The translations under genes and the position numbers were made by a program. Of a stretch of DNA of 64,000 nt, positions 28,946 to 37,945 are shown one piece after another (position 1 is the stretch's first letter; each line of letters starts with the position of its first letter). Source of the DNA: an uncultured Chloroflexia bacterium (GTDB lineage: Bacteria > Chloroflexota > Limnocylindria > Limnocylindrales > CSP1-4); NCBI GenBank assembly GCA_963763775.1, contig CAVXPZ010000001.1, positions 704,001-768,000 on the forward strand. Reading direction: 5' to 3'. The notes under the pieces are model-generated. The model saw only the letters and a list, made by a program, of their open reading frames with translations. It made no database searches and was not told where the DNA came from.

Positions 28946-29023
28946 TCGCTCGACGATACCACGCGGCCCGTGTCGCGAAGTCATACGGAGGTCCCGTCGG
29001 GGGGTGACCCCGGGAGTCCCCCC

Positions 29024-29815
29024 TTACGGCTTGACGGCGATCAGGATCGCGCGCTCGCTCCCCTCCCCGAATGCCCCCAGGTCGTAGCTGCCGGCGAGCA
29101 GCTCCACCACCAGGCCCGCGTCCTCGGCGAACGAACGAAGCTCATCGGCGGAGACGAGTCGCATCCGGTCCCGACGGACCCAGCGGCGGACCGGGCCACC
29201 CTGCGTCGACGCCTCGAAGATCGTGGTCAAGGTGACGGTCCCGGTGGCCGCGTCGTGCTGCGCCGAACCCGCCTTGGTGACCATCTCGCCGGTCTCGACG
29301 TCGGTCCGCGGCCATTCCAGGATCACGCGGCCGTCGAACCTCGCGAGGTCCTCGGCGTCGGGGAGCCAGACGTCGGCGACGGCGACGCCGCCCGCGGCGA
29401 GATGGTCGGCCATCACCTGGACAGCGGCGCGTTGCGCGGCCCGTGACTCGAGCACCATCAACGAGTTCAGACCGATGAAGGCGAGACCGTAGCGACCCGC
29501 ATCCGGCAGACGCAGCCCGACGATGTCGGCTTCGATCAGCGTCAGCCGCTCCGCGGCCTCGGGACCGGCCGCCGTCGCGAGCCGGCGCGCCCGGTCGAGC
29601 ATCGCGGGGTCCAGGTCGACGCCGGTGACGCGGTCGCCACCGGCGGCCAGCGGCACGGCGAGTCGGCCGGTCCCGACCGCCAACTCGAGGATGGGCCCGC
29701 CCGTCCGCTCGGCGAGCGCGAGGTACAGGTCGAGGTCCCCGGGGTCGCTCAGCAGGTCGAGGTCGTAGAGGCGTGCCAGGACCGCGGCGGTCTCCGAGTC
29801 GGGTCGATCGAGCAT
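29024..29815 (-). CDS. class I SAM-dependent methyltransferase
   Basis: ILELAVGTGR, GVDLD..ML. Confidence 0.88.
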   Translation of the reverse strand: MLDRPDSETAAVLARLYDLDLLSDPGDLDLYLALAERTGGPILELAVGTGRLAVPLAAGGDRVTGVDLDPAMLDRARRLATAAGPEAAERLTLIEADIVGLRLPDAGRYGLAFIGLNSLMVLESRAAQRAAVQVMADHLAAGGVAVADVWLPDAEDLARFDGRVILEWPRTDVETGEMVTKAGSAQHDAATGTVTLTTIFEASTQGGPVRRWVRRDRMRLVSADELRSFAEDAGLVVELLAGSYDLGAFGEGSERAILIAVKP

Positions 29816-29823
29816 CGTGGGCG

Positions 29824-30945
29824 TCAGCCCGGGTACTCGTGGCGTTCGGACGTGGCCGCCGGCCATCGGTCCGCACGGGCGGCCCGACCGGCCCAACGGA
29901 CGGGATGGCCGTCGCGGCGCCGGACCGCCAGCGCGCTGATGGCTTCCAGCGCGGCGCGATTGGCGGCCATCGCCGTGGTCTCGGCGTGGTCGTACGGCGG
30001 CGACACCTCCACGATGTCCATGCCGGCGAGGTCCACGGCACCGACGATCTGACGGATGGCCCGGAGCACCTCGCGGGTGAGCATCCCGCCGGGCTCGGGC
30101 GTCCCGGTGCCGGGAGCCATGCCCGGGTCGATCACGTCGATGTCGAGGCTCAGGTAGACGTGGTCGGGACCGTCCAGCGCCTCGTCGATGGCCTGCGCGA
30201 TGACCGCCTCCGCGCCGCGCTCCTCGATCTCGCGCATGAAGTGGTAGCGCAGCCCCTGCTCCTTCATCCATTCGAACGTCTCGACGGGCGGCCAGTAGCC
30301 GCGCAGCCCCACCTGCACGAAGTTCTTGCCCTTGACGGCCCCGGATTCGATCAGTCGCCGCATCGGGGTCCCGTGGCCGGCCAGGACGCCCCAGTCGTCC
30401 GCCGCGGTGTCCGCGTGCGCATCGAAGTGCACGATGCCGATGCTGCCGGGATGCCGGACTTCGGCGATCGCGGTCGCGCTCGGCCACGTGATGGAGTGGT
30501 CGCCACCGAGCACGATCGGGATCGCCCCGGTCTCCGCGACCTCGAGCACCTTGCGGTAGATCAGGGCGTGCGCACGTTCGATCCAGGATGGGACGATGTT
30601 CGCGTCACCCGCATCGACGACGGTCAGGACCTCGAACGGCTCGACGTCGAGCTGGAGGGAATTGATCGAGCCCGAGGTGTACTGCGCCTCGCGGATCGCG
30701 CGCGGACCGAACCGCGCGCCGGGTCGGTGGCTCACGGCGTCGTCGAATGGGGCACCGATGATGGCGACGTCGACTTCGCGGCGGCGGAGCTCCTCGGGAT
30801 CCGTGACCCACGGCAGCTTCGAGAAGGACACGGGGCCGACATAGGTCGGCAGGTCGAAGTCGGCGTAGGTCTCGTACGGCTGATCCCAGCCGTTTCGCGC
30901 GGCGTATGCCGATGCGGCCGCCTGATCGTCGGGGCGCTTGGCCAC
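29824..30945 (-). CDS. speB: agmatinase-family ureohydrolase
   Basis: RPGARFGP, GGDHS, DAHAD, HGTP, SLDIDVIDP, GTGTPEPGG. Confidence 0.88.
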   Translation of the reverse strand: MAKRPDDQAAASAYAARNGWDQPYETYADFDLPTYVGPVSFSKLPWVTDPEELRRREVDVAIIGAPFDDAVSHRPGARFGPRAIREAQYTSGSINSLQLDVEPFEVLTVVDAGDANIVPSWIERAHALIYRKVLEVAETGAIPIVLGGDHSITWPSATAIAEVRHPGSIGIVHFDAHADTAADDWGVLAGHGTPMRRLIESGAVKGKNFVQVGLRGYWPPVETFEWMKEQGLRYHFMREIEERGAEAVIAQAIDEALDGPDHVYLSLDIDVIDPGMAPGTGTPEPGGMLTREVLRAIRQIVGAVDLAGMDIVEVSPPYDHAETTAMAANRAALEAISALAVRRRDGHPVRWAGRAARADRWPAATSERHEYPG

Positions 30946-31092
30946 GGGTCCCTCCGGGAGACGGACACGGCTCGCTCGCCGCGGTGGGTTCCGCCGTCTC
31001 GCTGGGGGCGCCGCCGGTTCGAATCCGTCGTCCAGCGGGGCGCGTCCCGGGATGGTAGCACCGCTCGGGCGGTGCTCCGCCGGCCCGTTCCC

Positions 31093-32295
31093 TCAGTCGC
31101 CCCGGAACTCGCGCCAGGCCGCCTCGACGAGGGCCGGATCCGCGTAGAGGTCGTAGGCCGTCTGGGCGACCAGGGCCGCCGCCAGGAGCGTCGTCTCGTC
31201 CGCCCGCGGCGTGGCCGCGGCGTCGCGGAAGAGGATCGAGTGCCCTGGCGTGCCCTCCGGCGCGATCGCGAGGTCCGGGTGGATCGTCGGGCAGACCCAG
31301 CTGACGTTGCCCATGTCGGTGCTGCCCGCGTTGGGGTCGTCGCCCTGGTCCTCGATCCCGTAGGCACGCATGTTCGCCTGGAATCGTCCCGCGAGGACCT
31401 CGTTGTTCTTCATCGTCGAGGCGCGCCCGGAGAACGTGACGTCGACGGTGGTGCCGGTGGCGAGGGCCGCGGCCTCGCACATCTCGCGGAACCGGGTCCG
31501 CATCGTCTCGTAGTAGGCCTCGTCGTCGCTGCGGATCATGAACCAGGCCGAGACGCGTTCCGGGATGACGTTCGCCGCGTCGCCGCCCTCGCGCACGATC
31601 CCATGCACGCGAGCGTTCGGGTGGAGCTGCTGCCTCCACAGGCCGACGGACGTGAAGAGCAGGATCAGCGCATCGAGGGCGTTACGCCCCTTCCACGGGT
31701 CCGACGACGCGTGCGCCTCGAGACCGTGGTACACGACGTCGACGTCCTCGGACGCCAGCGGCCAGCTGCGAACGTGGTTGCGGTCGCACGGGTGGTAGAG
31801 CAGCGCGGCATCCAGACCGTCGAAGAGGCCCTCCTCGATCATGATGGCCTTGCCGCTCCCCCGCTCCTCGGCCGGCGTGCCCAGGAAGACGATCTCGCCC
31901 GGCAGCTCGTCGGCGATCGACGCGAGCGCGATGGCCGCGCCGACGCCGCTGGCCGCCATCGTGTTGTGCCCGCATCCGTGCCCGAGCCCCGGCAGGGCGT
32001 CGTACTCCGCGAGGATCCCGATCCTCGGGCCGTCGCCGGCCCGCCCGCCCCGCCGCACCGCCCGGATCGCCGTCGCGAGGCTGCCCGCGGGGAACTCCAC
32101 CTCGAAGCCGTGCCGGCTGAGCGCCTCGGCGATCGCGGCGGCCGCGTGATGTTCCTCGAACGCCGGCTCGGGATCCGCGTGGATCCGATGCGACAGGTCG
32201 AGGATCTCGGCGCGCGCGGCTTCGACGCTCGCGGCCAGGCGAGCCTTGGCGTCGGCGTGGGGTTCCGCGGGGCGCGTCGTCGTGAGCGAGGGCAA
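31093..32295 (-). CDS. M20 amidohydrolase (ACY1L2/AbgB-like)
   Basis: EYDALPGLGHGCGHN, GTPAEE, GSTDMGNVS. Confidence 0.88.
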   Translation of the reverse strand: MPSLTTTRPAEPHADAKARLAASVEAARAEILDLSHRIHADPEPAFEEHHAAAAIAEALSRHGFEVEFPAGSLATAIRAVRRGGRAGDGPRIGILAEYDALPGLGHGCGHNTMAASGVGAAIALASIADELPGEIVFLGTPAEERGSGKAIMIEEGLFDGLDAALLYHPCDRNHVRSWPLASEDVDVVYHGLEAHASSDPWKGRNALDALILLFTSVGLWRQQLHPNARVHGIVREGGDAANVIPERVSAWFMIRSDDEAYYETMRTRFREMCEAAALATGTTVDVTFSGRASTMKNNEVLAGRFQANMRAYGIEDQGDDPNAGSTDMGNVSWVCPTIHPDLAIAPEGTPGHSILFRDAAATPRADETTLLAAALVAQTAYDLYADPALVEAAWREFRGD

Positions 32296-32392
32296 GGCGA
32301 CCCTCCTGGGTGGTGGCTAGGCGGGTGGGTGGCAAAGCCTATCGCCCGCCGATGAAGGCCGCGGCCTCGTCCCGGCCCGTGCGCGCTCCGCG

Positions 32393-32767
32393 TCAGCGCT
32401 CCGCCGAGAGGGTCGACTCCGCGACCACCGCGAGGGCGATCATGAACAGGGCGATCGGCCACTCCAGGAGGTCCTGGATCCGCAGGACGACGAGCACGGT
32501 CACGAGGACCCCGACCCACGCCCCGCGACGGACGGCGCGGACCCAGTCGCCGCGATAGGCGATCCGGCGATGGCGGGCGAACACCACGAGCCAGAAGACG
32601 GGGATCAGCGTGAGTCCGACGGCGAGGCCCATCAGGGCCGCGCCGACGAACCCGGCCCCTGGCTCGAGGACCGGGTCCCGGGTGGTGACGACGAGCCCGA
32701 CGAGCACCCACACGACGGCGGCGGCCGCGAAGATCCCGAGGTTGGCGAGGCGGTCGCGTGACTCCAT
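32393..32767 (-). CDS. hypothetical 4-TM membrane protein
   Basis: MESRDRLANLG...; TAGACT -10 box 8 nt upstream of the ATG. Confidence 0.7.
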   Translation of the reverse strand: MESRDRLANLGIFAAAAVVWVLVGLVVTTRDPVLEPGAGFVGAALMGLAVGLTLIPVFWLVVFARHRRIAYRGDWVRAVRRGAWVGVLVTVLVVLRIQDLLEWPIALFMIALAVVAESTLSAER

Positions 32768-32793
32768 CCGGTGCGAGTCTAGGGGAGCGGAGG

Positions 32794-32995
32794 GCGGAGG
32801 GCGAAGGTCGGCCTGCGCGCCTCTCACGATCGCTCGCGCTGCGTGGCGCTCGCTCTCGATATCGGCGCGGCTGCCGACCTTCGCCCTCCGCCGCACGCCG
32901 GCACCCGCAGGCCGGGTTGCTGGTGGTGGCGCTCGCTCTCGATGTCGGCGCTCGCTGCCGACCTCCGCCCTCCTGGCACCGACCCCCGCAGGCCG
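32794..32995. repeat. REP-like composite: 19-bp inverted repeat plus ~70-bp direct repeat
   Basis: gcggagggcgaaggtcggc (32794-32812) pairs with 32873-32891; 32843-32914 is repeated imperfectly at 32926-32995. Confidence 0.8.
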
Positions 32996-33010
32996 TGTCG
33001 GTGAGGTGGG

Positions 33011-33382
33011 CTACATCGCGTCGATCTGGACCAGGCGTTCTCGGACGATCTGCTCGATGAGGGCAGGCGGGATGGGGTGGTCGGGGGTGAAGCGGATCGT
33101 GCCTTTCGCCGTGTCGTACCCGGCCAGCTCGTCCGCGTGCCGCTCGATCAGCTCCGGGCTCATCGGGAAGAACGAGCAATGGTGCTTCGACGCCGCGTAG
33201 GCGACGAGCGCCCGGCCCTGATACCGGAAGGCGGGGGCCCCGTAGCTGATCGCCTCCTCGGCGCCGACGGCGACCCGCGCGATGATCGCGCGCACGTCCT
33301 GCATCGCCGCGCGCTGCGCCGGGGGCAGCGCCGCGAGCGTCGCGTCGATCGTCACCTCGGCGCTCGATCTCGAGTCACCCAC
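33011..33382 (-). CDS. DUF1801 (YdhG-like) protein
   Basis: EAISYGAPAF, KHHCSFFP, KGTIRF; GAGGAG RBS before GTG 33382. Confidence 0.85.
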   Translation of the reverse strand: MGDSRSSAEVTIDATLAALPPAQRAAMQDVRAIIARVAVGAEEAISYGAPAFRYQGRALVAYAASKHHCSFFPMSPELIERHADELAGYDTAKGTIRFTPDHPIPPALIEQIVRERLVQIDAM

Positions 33383-33471
33383 CGTCGTCTCCTCACTCGC
33401 GAACGCCCGCTTGCCGGCCGGTCGCGACATGGTCGCAGCCGGCGCCTCTCACGCGCATCCCCACGGCGACC

Positions 33472-36400
33472 CTACTTGGCCGCGCTCGCCGGGCAGATGT
33501 CCCGGAAGGCGCAGTAGGTGCAGGCGAGGTAGTCCGGTCGCGGCGTGTAATCCCGGGCCCGCATGCCCGCCGCGGCCGTCGCGATCTTGTCCTTCGCCTT
33601 CGCGAGTCGTTTCGGGTCCACCTCGACGCGGCCGACCAGCCCGGACTCCAGAAAATGTAGCGCGACGGCGTCCGGCAGCCGGCCGGTCATCGCCTCATAG
33701 CCCATCGCATAGATCTGGAGCTGGAGCGAGTCACGGGCCCGCTGTCGCGCCTTGACCGGGTCGCGCACATCCGAGGACTTGTAGTCCGTGATCGTCACGC
33801 GCTCCGGACCCATGATCCCGAGGGTCGGCGACAGGACGTCGGCCGATCCGACGCCGACGTCCGCCGGCTGGACCTGGGGCTCGCCCGTGCCCGCGACGAT
33901 GGGCTCGATGTCGACGCGGTCCCACCGGCCGCGGACCCGGTCGCCATCGAGCGTGAAGCTGAACTCGCGCTCGACGTAGGTCGGGATCACGGCCCCCGGC
34001 TCGATCTGCGCCTGGCGGAACCGACGGAGCGCCTGCCGCCCGGCCTCGAGCCGCGCTTCCTCGTGCTCCCGGCTGACGAACCCGACGTTCGACCACGCCG
34101 ACTCGAAGACGGCGTCGAGCTCCGCCTCGGACATCACCTCGCCGCGGGCATGTCGCTGGTGGAACAGCTGGACGGCCTTGTGAAGGGCCGCGCCGTAGAT
34201 GATCGCGTGGTGCGGCGCGAGCGGGATCCGGAGCACGTGTGCGTACTTGTACTTGAGCGGGCAGGTGAGGTAGTCGTCGATCTGGTAGAAGCTCAGCGAG
34301 AGCGGCTCATCGATCGGCCCGCGGCTGACCTCCGGGCGTGCCGCGGCCGCCTCGAAGGCCGCGAGGCGATCCGTCGGGGACGGCGTCCCGGCGCCGGCGC
34401 CGGGTACGGCCGCCCCGGCCGGAAGGTCGAGGGCTTCCAGGACGAACGGGGACACGCGTCGCGCCCGGGCGCCGCCGTAGTCGGCTGCGTGCGTCAGGAT
34501 CAGCTCGTCCCTCGCCCGCGTCATCGCGACGTAGCAGAGGCGCCGCTCCTCGGCGAGCGCGAGCTCGGCACTCGGCGCCAGGCCACGCCCCAGGTCGGCC
34601 GGCAGGCTCGAGCGGGTCGGTCCGATTCGTCGACGGGAACCGGCCGGCGACCAGCCCGGGCAGGAACACCACCGGGAACTCGAGGCCCTTCGCCTTGTGG
34701 ATCGTGAGGACCGCGACCGCGTCGGTATCGGGATCGAGCTCCGCGGTGGCCGGGTCGTCGCCCGCGTCGATGAGCGTCTGGAGGTGCGGCGCCAGGAACA
34801 CCGCGCGGTCCTCGGTCAGCAACGCGGACTGCGCCCGCACGATCTCGAAGAACCGGGCGATGTTCGAGAGGGCCTCCTCGGACGCGACCGAGGCCGTCGC
34901 CGCGAGCCGTGCCAGGATCCCGCTGCCCCGCAGGAACCCGTAGAGCAGCTCCCCGGTCGGACGGTCGTGCGCGATGTCGCCGTAGCGCGTCAGGTCGGTC
35001 ACGAGCTTGTGGACCGTGGCGCGCGTCCCAGCCTCGACTCGCAGGATCCCGGGTTGGGCATCGAGCTCGACGAGCACCGCCCAGACGGACCGATTCCGGC
35101 GCCGGGCGCTGTTGACGATCGCGGTGAGGTCCTCGCCGCCCAGGCCGTACACCTCCGACGCGGCCAGCGCATAGAGGTCGACGCTGGACTCCGGGTCCGC
35201 GACGACGCGAAGGAAGGCGAGCAGCAGCCGGACCTCGGGGCGGGCGTACAGCCCCGACGTCCCTGAGAACCGCCACGGGATGCCGGCCATGTTGAGCGCC
35301 CGGAGGAACGGGTCGGCGTGCCCGTTGGCCCGGACGAGGACCGCGTGGTCGCGCGGCGCGGCGCCGGCCTCGATGCGACGGCCGATCTCGGCCGCGATCC
35401 AGTCGGCTTCGTCCGAGCCGGTCGCGAACGCCTCCAGTCGGACCGGAGGCGGCGCCGGGTCCAGGCGCTCGGCGCGCAAGCGCTTGCCGACGCCGGCGCG
35501 GACCTCGAGGCGGTCGGGATCATTGAACCGGACGAGGCGATAGGCCGCGTCGAGGATCGGCGCCTTCGACCGGTAGTTGCGTCGCAGCACGACGGTCCGA
35601 CTCCCCGGGTACCGGTCCCGGAACCCGAGGATGTTGTCGATCGCCGCCCCGCGGAAGGCATAGATCGCCTGGTCGTCGTCGCCCACGACAGTGACGTTGC
35701 GGTGCGCCTCGGCGAGCAACCCGACCAGCTCGGCCTGCGCGCGGTTCGTGTCCTGGAACTCGTCGACGAGCACGTACCGGAACCGCGACGCGATCTCCGC
35801 CCTCGCGGCCGGCGAGGTTCGGACCAGCCGCAGGGCGAGCGCCACCTGGTCGCCGAAGTCGATGCAGCCGCTGGTCGACAGCAGCCGCTGATAGATCCCG
35901 TACGCACGGGCCAGCTCCGCCTGGCGCCGGGCGGACTCCGCGGCGGCCGACGCCGCGTCGCGCGCCGTCTCGGCCGCGTCGGAGCCGGCCGCCGCCACGG
36001 TCTCGGCGAGTGCCGCGGCCTCGGCGGCGACGCGCTCGGCATAGGTCGTGTAGGCCGACGGCGCGATGTCCTCGTCCTTGCACCGGCTGAAGAGGGTCGC
36101 CAGGGCATCGAGGAACCGCGTGGGGTCGCCGAGCGGCCGATACAGGTCGAGCCCGAGCTCGAAGAGGTGCTCGCGCAGGAAGATCACGACCTCGGGCCGG
36201 GTCAGGACACGCACGTCCGACGGCAGGCCGAGCTCCAGCGCGTACTGGCGGATGAGCCCGTCCCCGAACGCATGGAACGTCGAGATGGCGGTATCCGTGT
36301 ACCCGTACGGGACGAGCTGGTCCACCCGGACGGCCATCTCCTCGGCGGCCTTGTCGGTGAACGTCAGCGCGAGGATCTCGGACGGCCGGGCGCGCCGCGT

Positions 36401-36730
36401 GGCGATCAGCCAGGCGATCCGGCGGGTGATGACCTGCGTCTTGCCGGTGCCGGCGCCCGCGACGACCAGGAGCGGGCCGTCCTCATGCGTCACGGCCCGC
36501 CGCTGGTCGGCGTTCAACCCGCCCAGCAGGGCTTCGAGCCCTGGCTCGACTTCGGTGGTGAGCGCCGGGTCCATGACCGGCACCAGATCGTTCCATGCCG
36601 GCAGCTGGTCCAGTATCGCGGGCTCGCGACGGCGTCGGACGCGGGTCCTGGTCACCGCCGGAGGGAGACTGGCTTCGGCGACCGAGGTCGCGGGGATCGG
36701 GCGGGGCGTGTCGGTCGTCGTGGGGGCCAT
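33472..36730 (-). CDS. UvrD/PcrA-type SF1 helicase fused to a PD-(D/E)xK nuclease with 4-Cys cluster (AdnA/B-like), frameshifted near 34607
   Basis: AGAGTGKT, DEFQD, GDDDQAIY, NYRS, TIHKAKGLEF; after the indel EERRLCYVAMTRA, CPLKY, DYKS, QLQIY, CTYCAFRDIC. Confidence 0.88.
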
Positions 36731-36767
36731 GCCCGCACCATCGCCGACCGCCGTGCCAGCTAGCCTG

Positions 36768-37265
36768 TCAGGCCGTGGCCTGCTTGATGGCCGCGGCCTC
36801 TTCCTCGGACAGGGCCGCGTCGGAGCGACCCGCGCCGATGGCCTTCGCATAGACCCTCGTTCCTTGCCGCGCGTGCAGGCTCGAGAGCACCCAGCCGTCG
36901 CCGTTCGCGTCCAACAGGGCGAGCGCGAAGCTCTGGTTGCCGCCGGTCTCCTCGAACGGGTTGTACCGCACGAGTCCGACCCGCGAGAACGCGCGGCGCG
37001 ATGCGGCTTCGAGGATCGCGGTCCGACTGGTCAGGTCATCGACCTGGCGGGCCAGCGAATGGACCTGCTCGAGGTGCGCGTCGAGCACCGCCTCGAGACT
37101 CCGCCCTTCGGCGCCTCGGGTCATGTCGCTCAGCCGCGCCTCGAGCCGCGCCATGCGACGCGCCAGCCAGACGGCGAGCGCGAGCAGGACGATGGTGGTG
37201 ACCGCGAGGATGGCGACGATCACGCCGGTGGTCGAGCTACCGAGATCGATGGGACGGTCCTCCAT
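36768..37265 (-). CDS. DUF4446-family membrane-anchored protein
   Basis: TM + coiled coil, VGLVRYNPF..GGNQSFALALLD, LSEEE. Confidence 0.85.
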   Translation of the reverse strand: MEDRPIDLGSSTTGVIVAILAVTTIVLLALAVWLARRMARLEARLSDMTRGAEGRSLEAVLDAHLEQVHSLARQVDDLTSRTAILEAASRRAFSRVGLVRYNPFEETGGNQSFALALLDANGDGWVLSSLHARQGTRVYAKAIGAGRSDAALSEEEAAAIKQATA

Positions 37266-37504
37266 GTGCGGCCGGTCCGAGTCCGGACGACCGTCACCCT
37301 GATGATGCGCAGCGCAACGAGACGTTGTCCAGAACGGTCGTCCAGAACGTCGCCCGGGTGGGCTCCGGGAGGCGCTCGCGGTCGTCCTCATCACGTCGAG
37401 CGCGGGTCGACTGGCTCGGCCGGGATCCAGCGGTCGGGCGACGCGGTGCTATCCTCTCCGCCGACATCGACGCCCGCCACCTGAACCGAGGACCACGCCC
37501 GACC

Positions 37505-37906
37505 ATGGCCAAACGCGCGCGCGGCAGCCACAGACCCGGCCAGCGACCGCCGCTCCAGAAGGCGACCGTCACTCCGAAACCCGCGGCGACGTCCGCGACC
37601 GCGGCGACCGCCACGCCGAAGCCCGCGACCCTGACCGAACAGGAGGAGGCCCGCGCGGCGGAGCTCGAGGCCCAGATCGTGGCCGAGGAGCGCGCTGCGG
37701 ACGACGCCCGCCGTCGCTCCGGTCGCCGACGGGAGCCGAGCCCCGTCGAGGCCGCCCCGCGCGCCTCGCTCGCGATCAGCGCGGCCGAGGAATACGCCTA
37801 CGTCGGCCGGGACGTCCGCCGGATCGCCGTCATCGGCGGCTCGCTGATCACCTTCCTCATCGTCCTCTCGATCGTCTCGCACGTGAGCGGCGCCGGCCCG
37901 ATCTGA
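37505..37906 (+). CDS. hypothetical protein with basic N-terminus and C-terminal TM
   Basis: GAGGA RBS; EEYAYVGRDVRRI followed by a TM helix. Confidence 0.72.
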   Translation: MAKRARGSHRPGQRPPLQKATVTPKPAATSATAATATPKPATLTEQEEARAAELEAQIVAEERAADDARRRSGRRREPSPVEAAPRASLAISAAEEYAYVGRDVRRIAVIGGSLITFLIVLSIVSHVSGAGPI

Positions 37907-37945
37907 GCCGGGAGTCCCGCGTCCGAGGGGCGCTACCATCGCGTC

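Noticed and set aside
31001-31037. GGTTCGAATCC T-loop-like sequence on the + strand
   Set aside because: No D-arm, anticodon arm or CCA can be built, so it is not a tRNA; treated as part of the speB leader.
33472-34300. Cas4-like nuclease suggesting a CRISPR-Cas locus
   Set aside because: It is the C-terminal domain of the UvrD fusion; no cas genes or repeat-spacer array are present.
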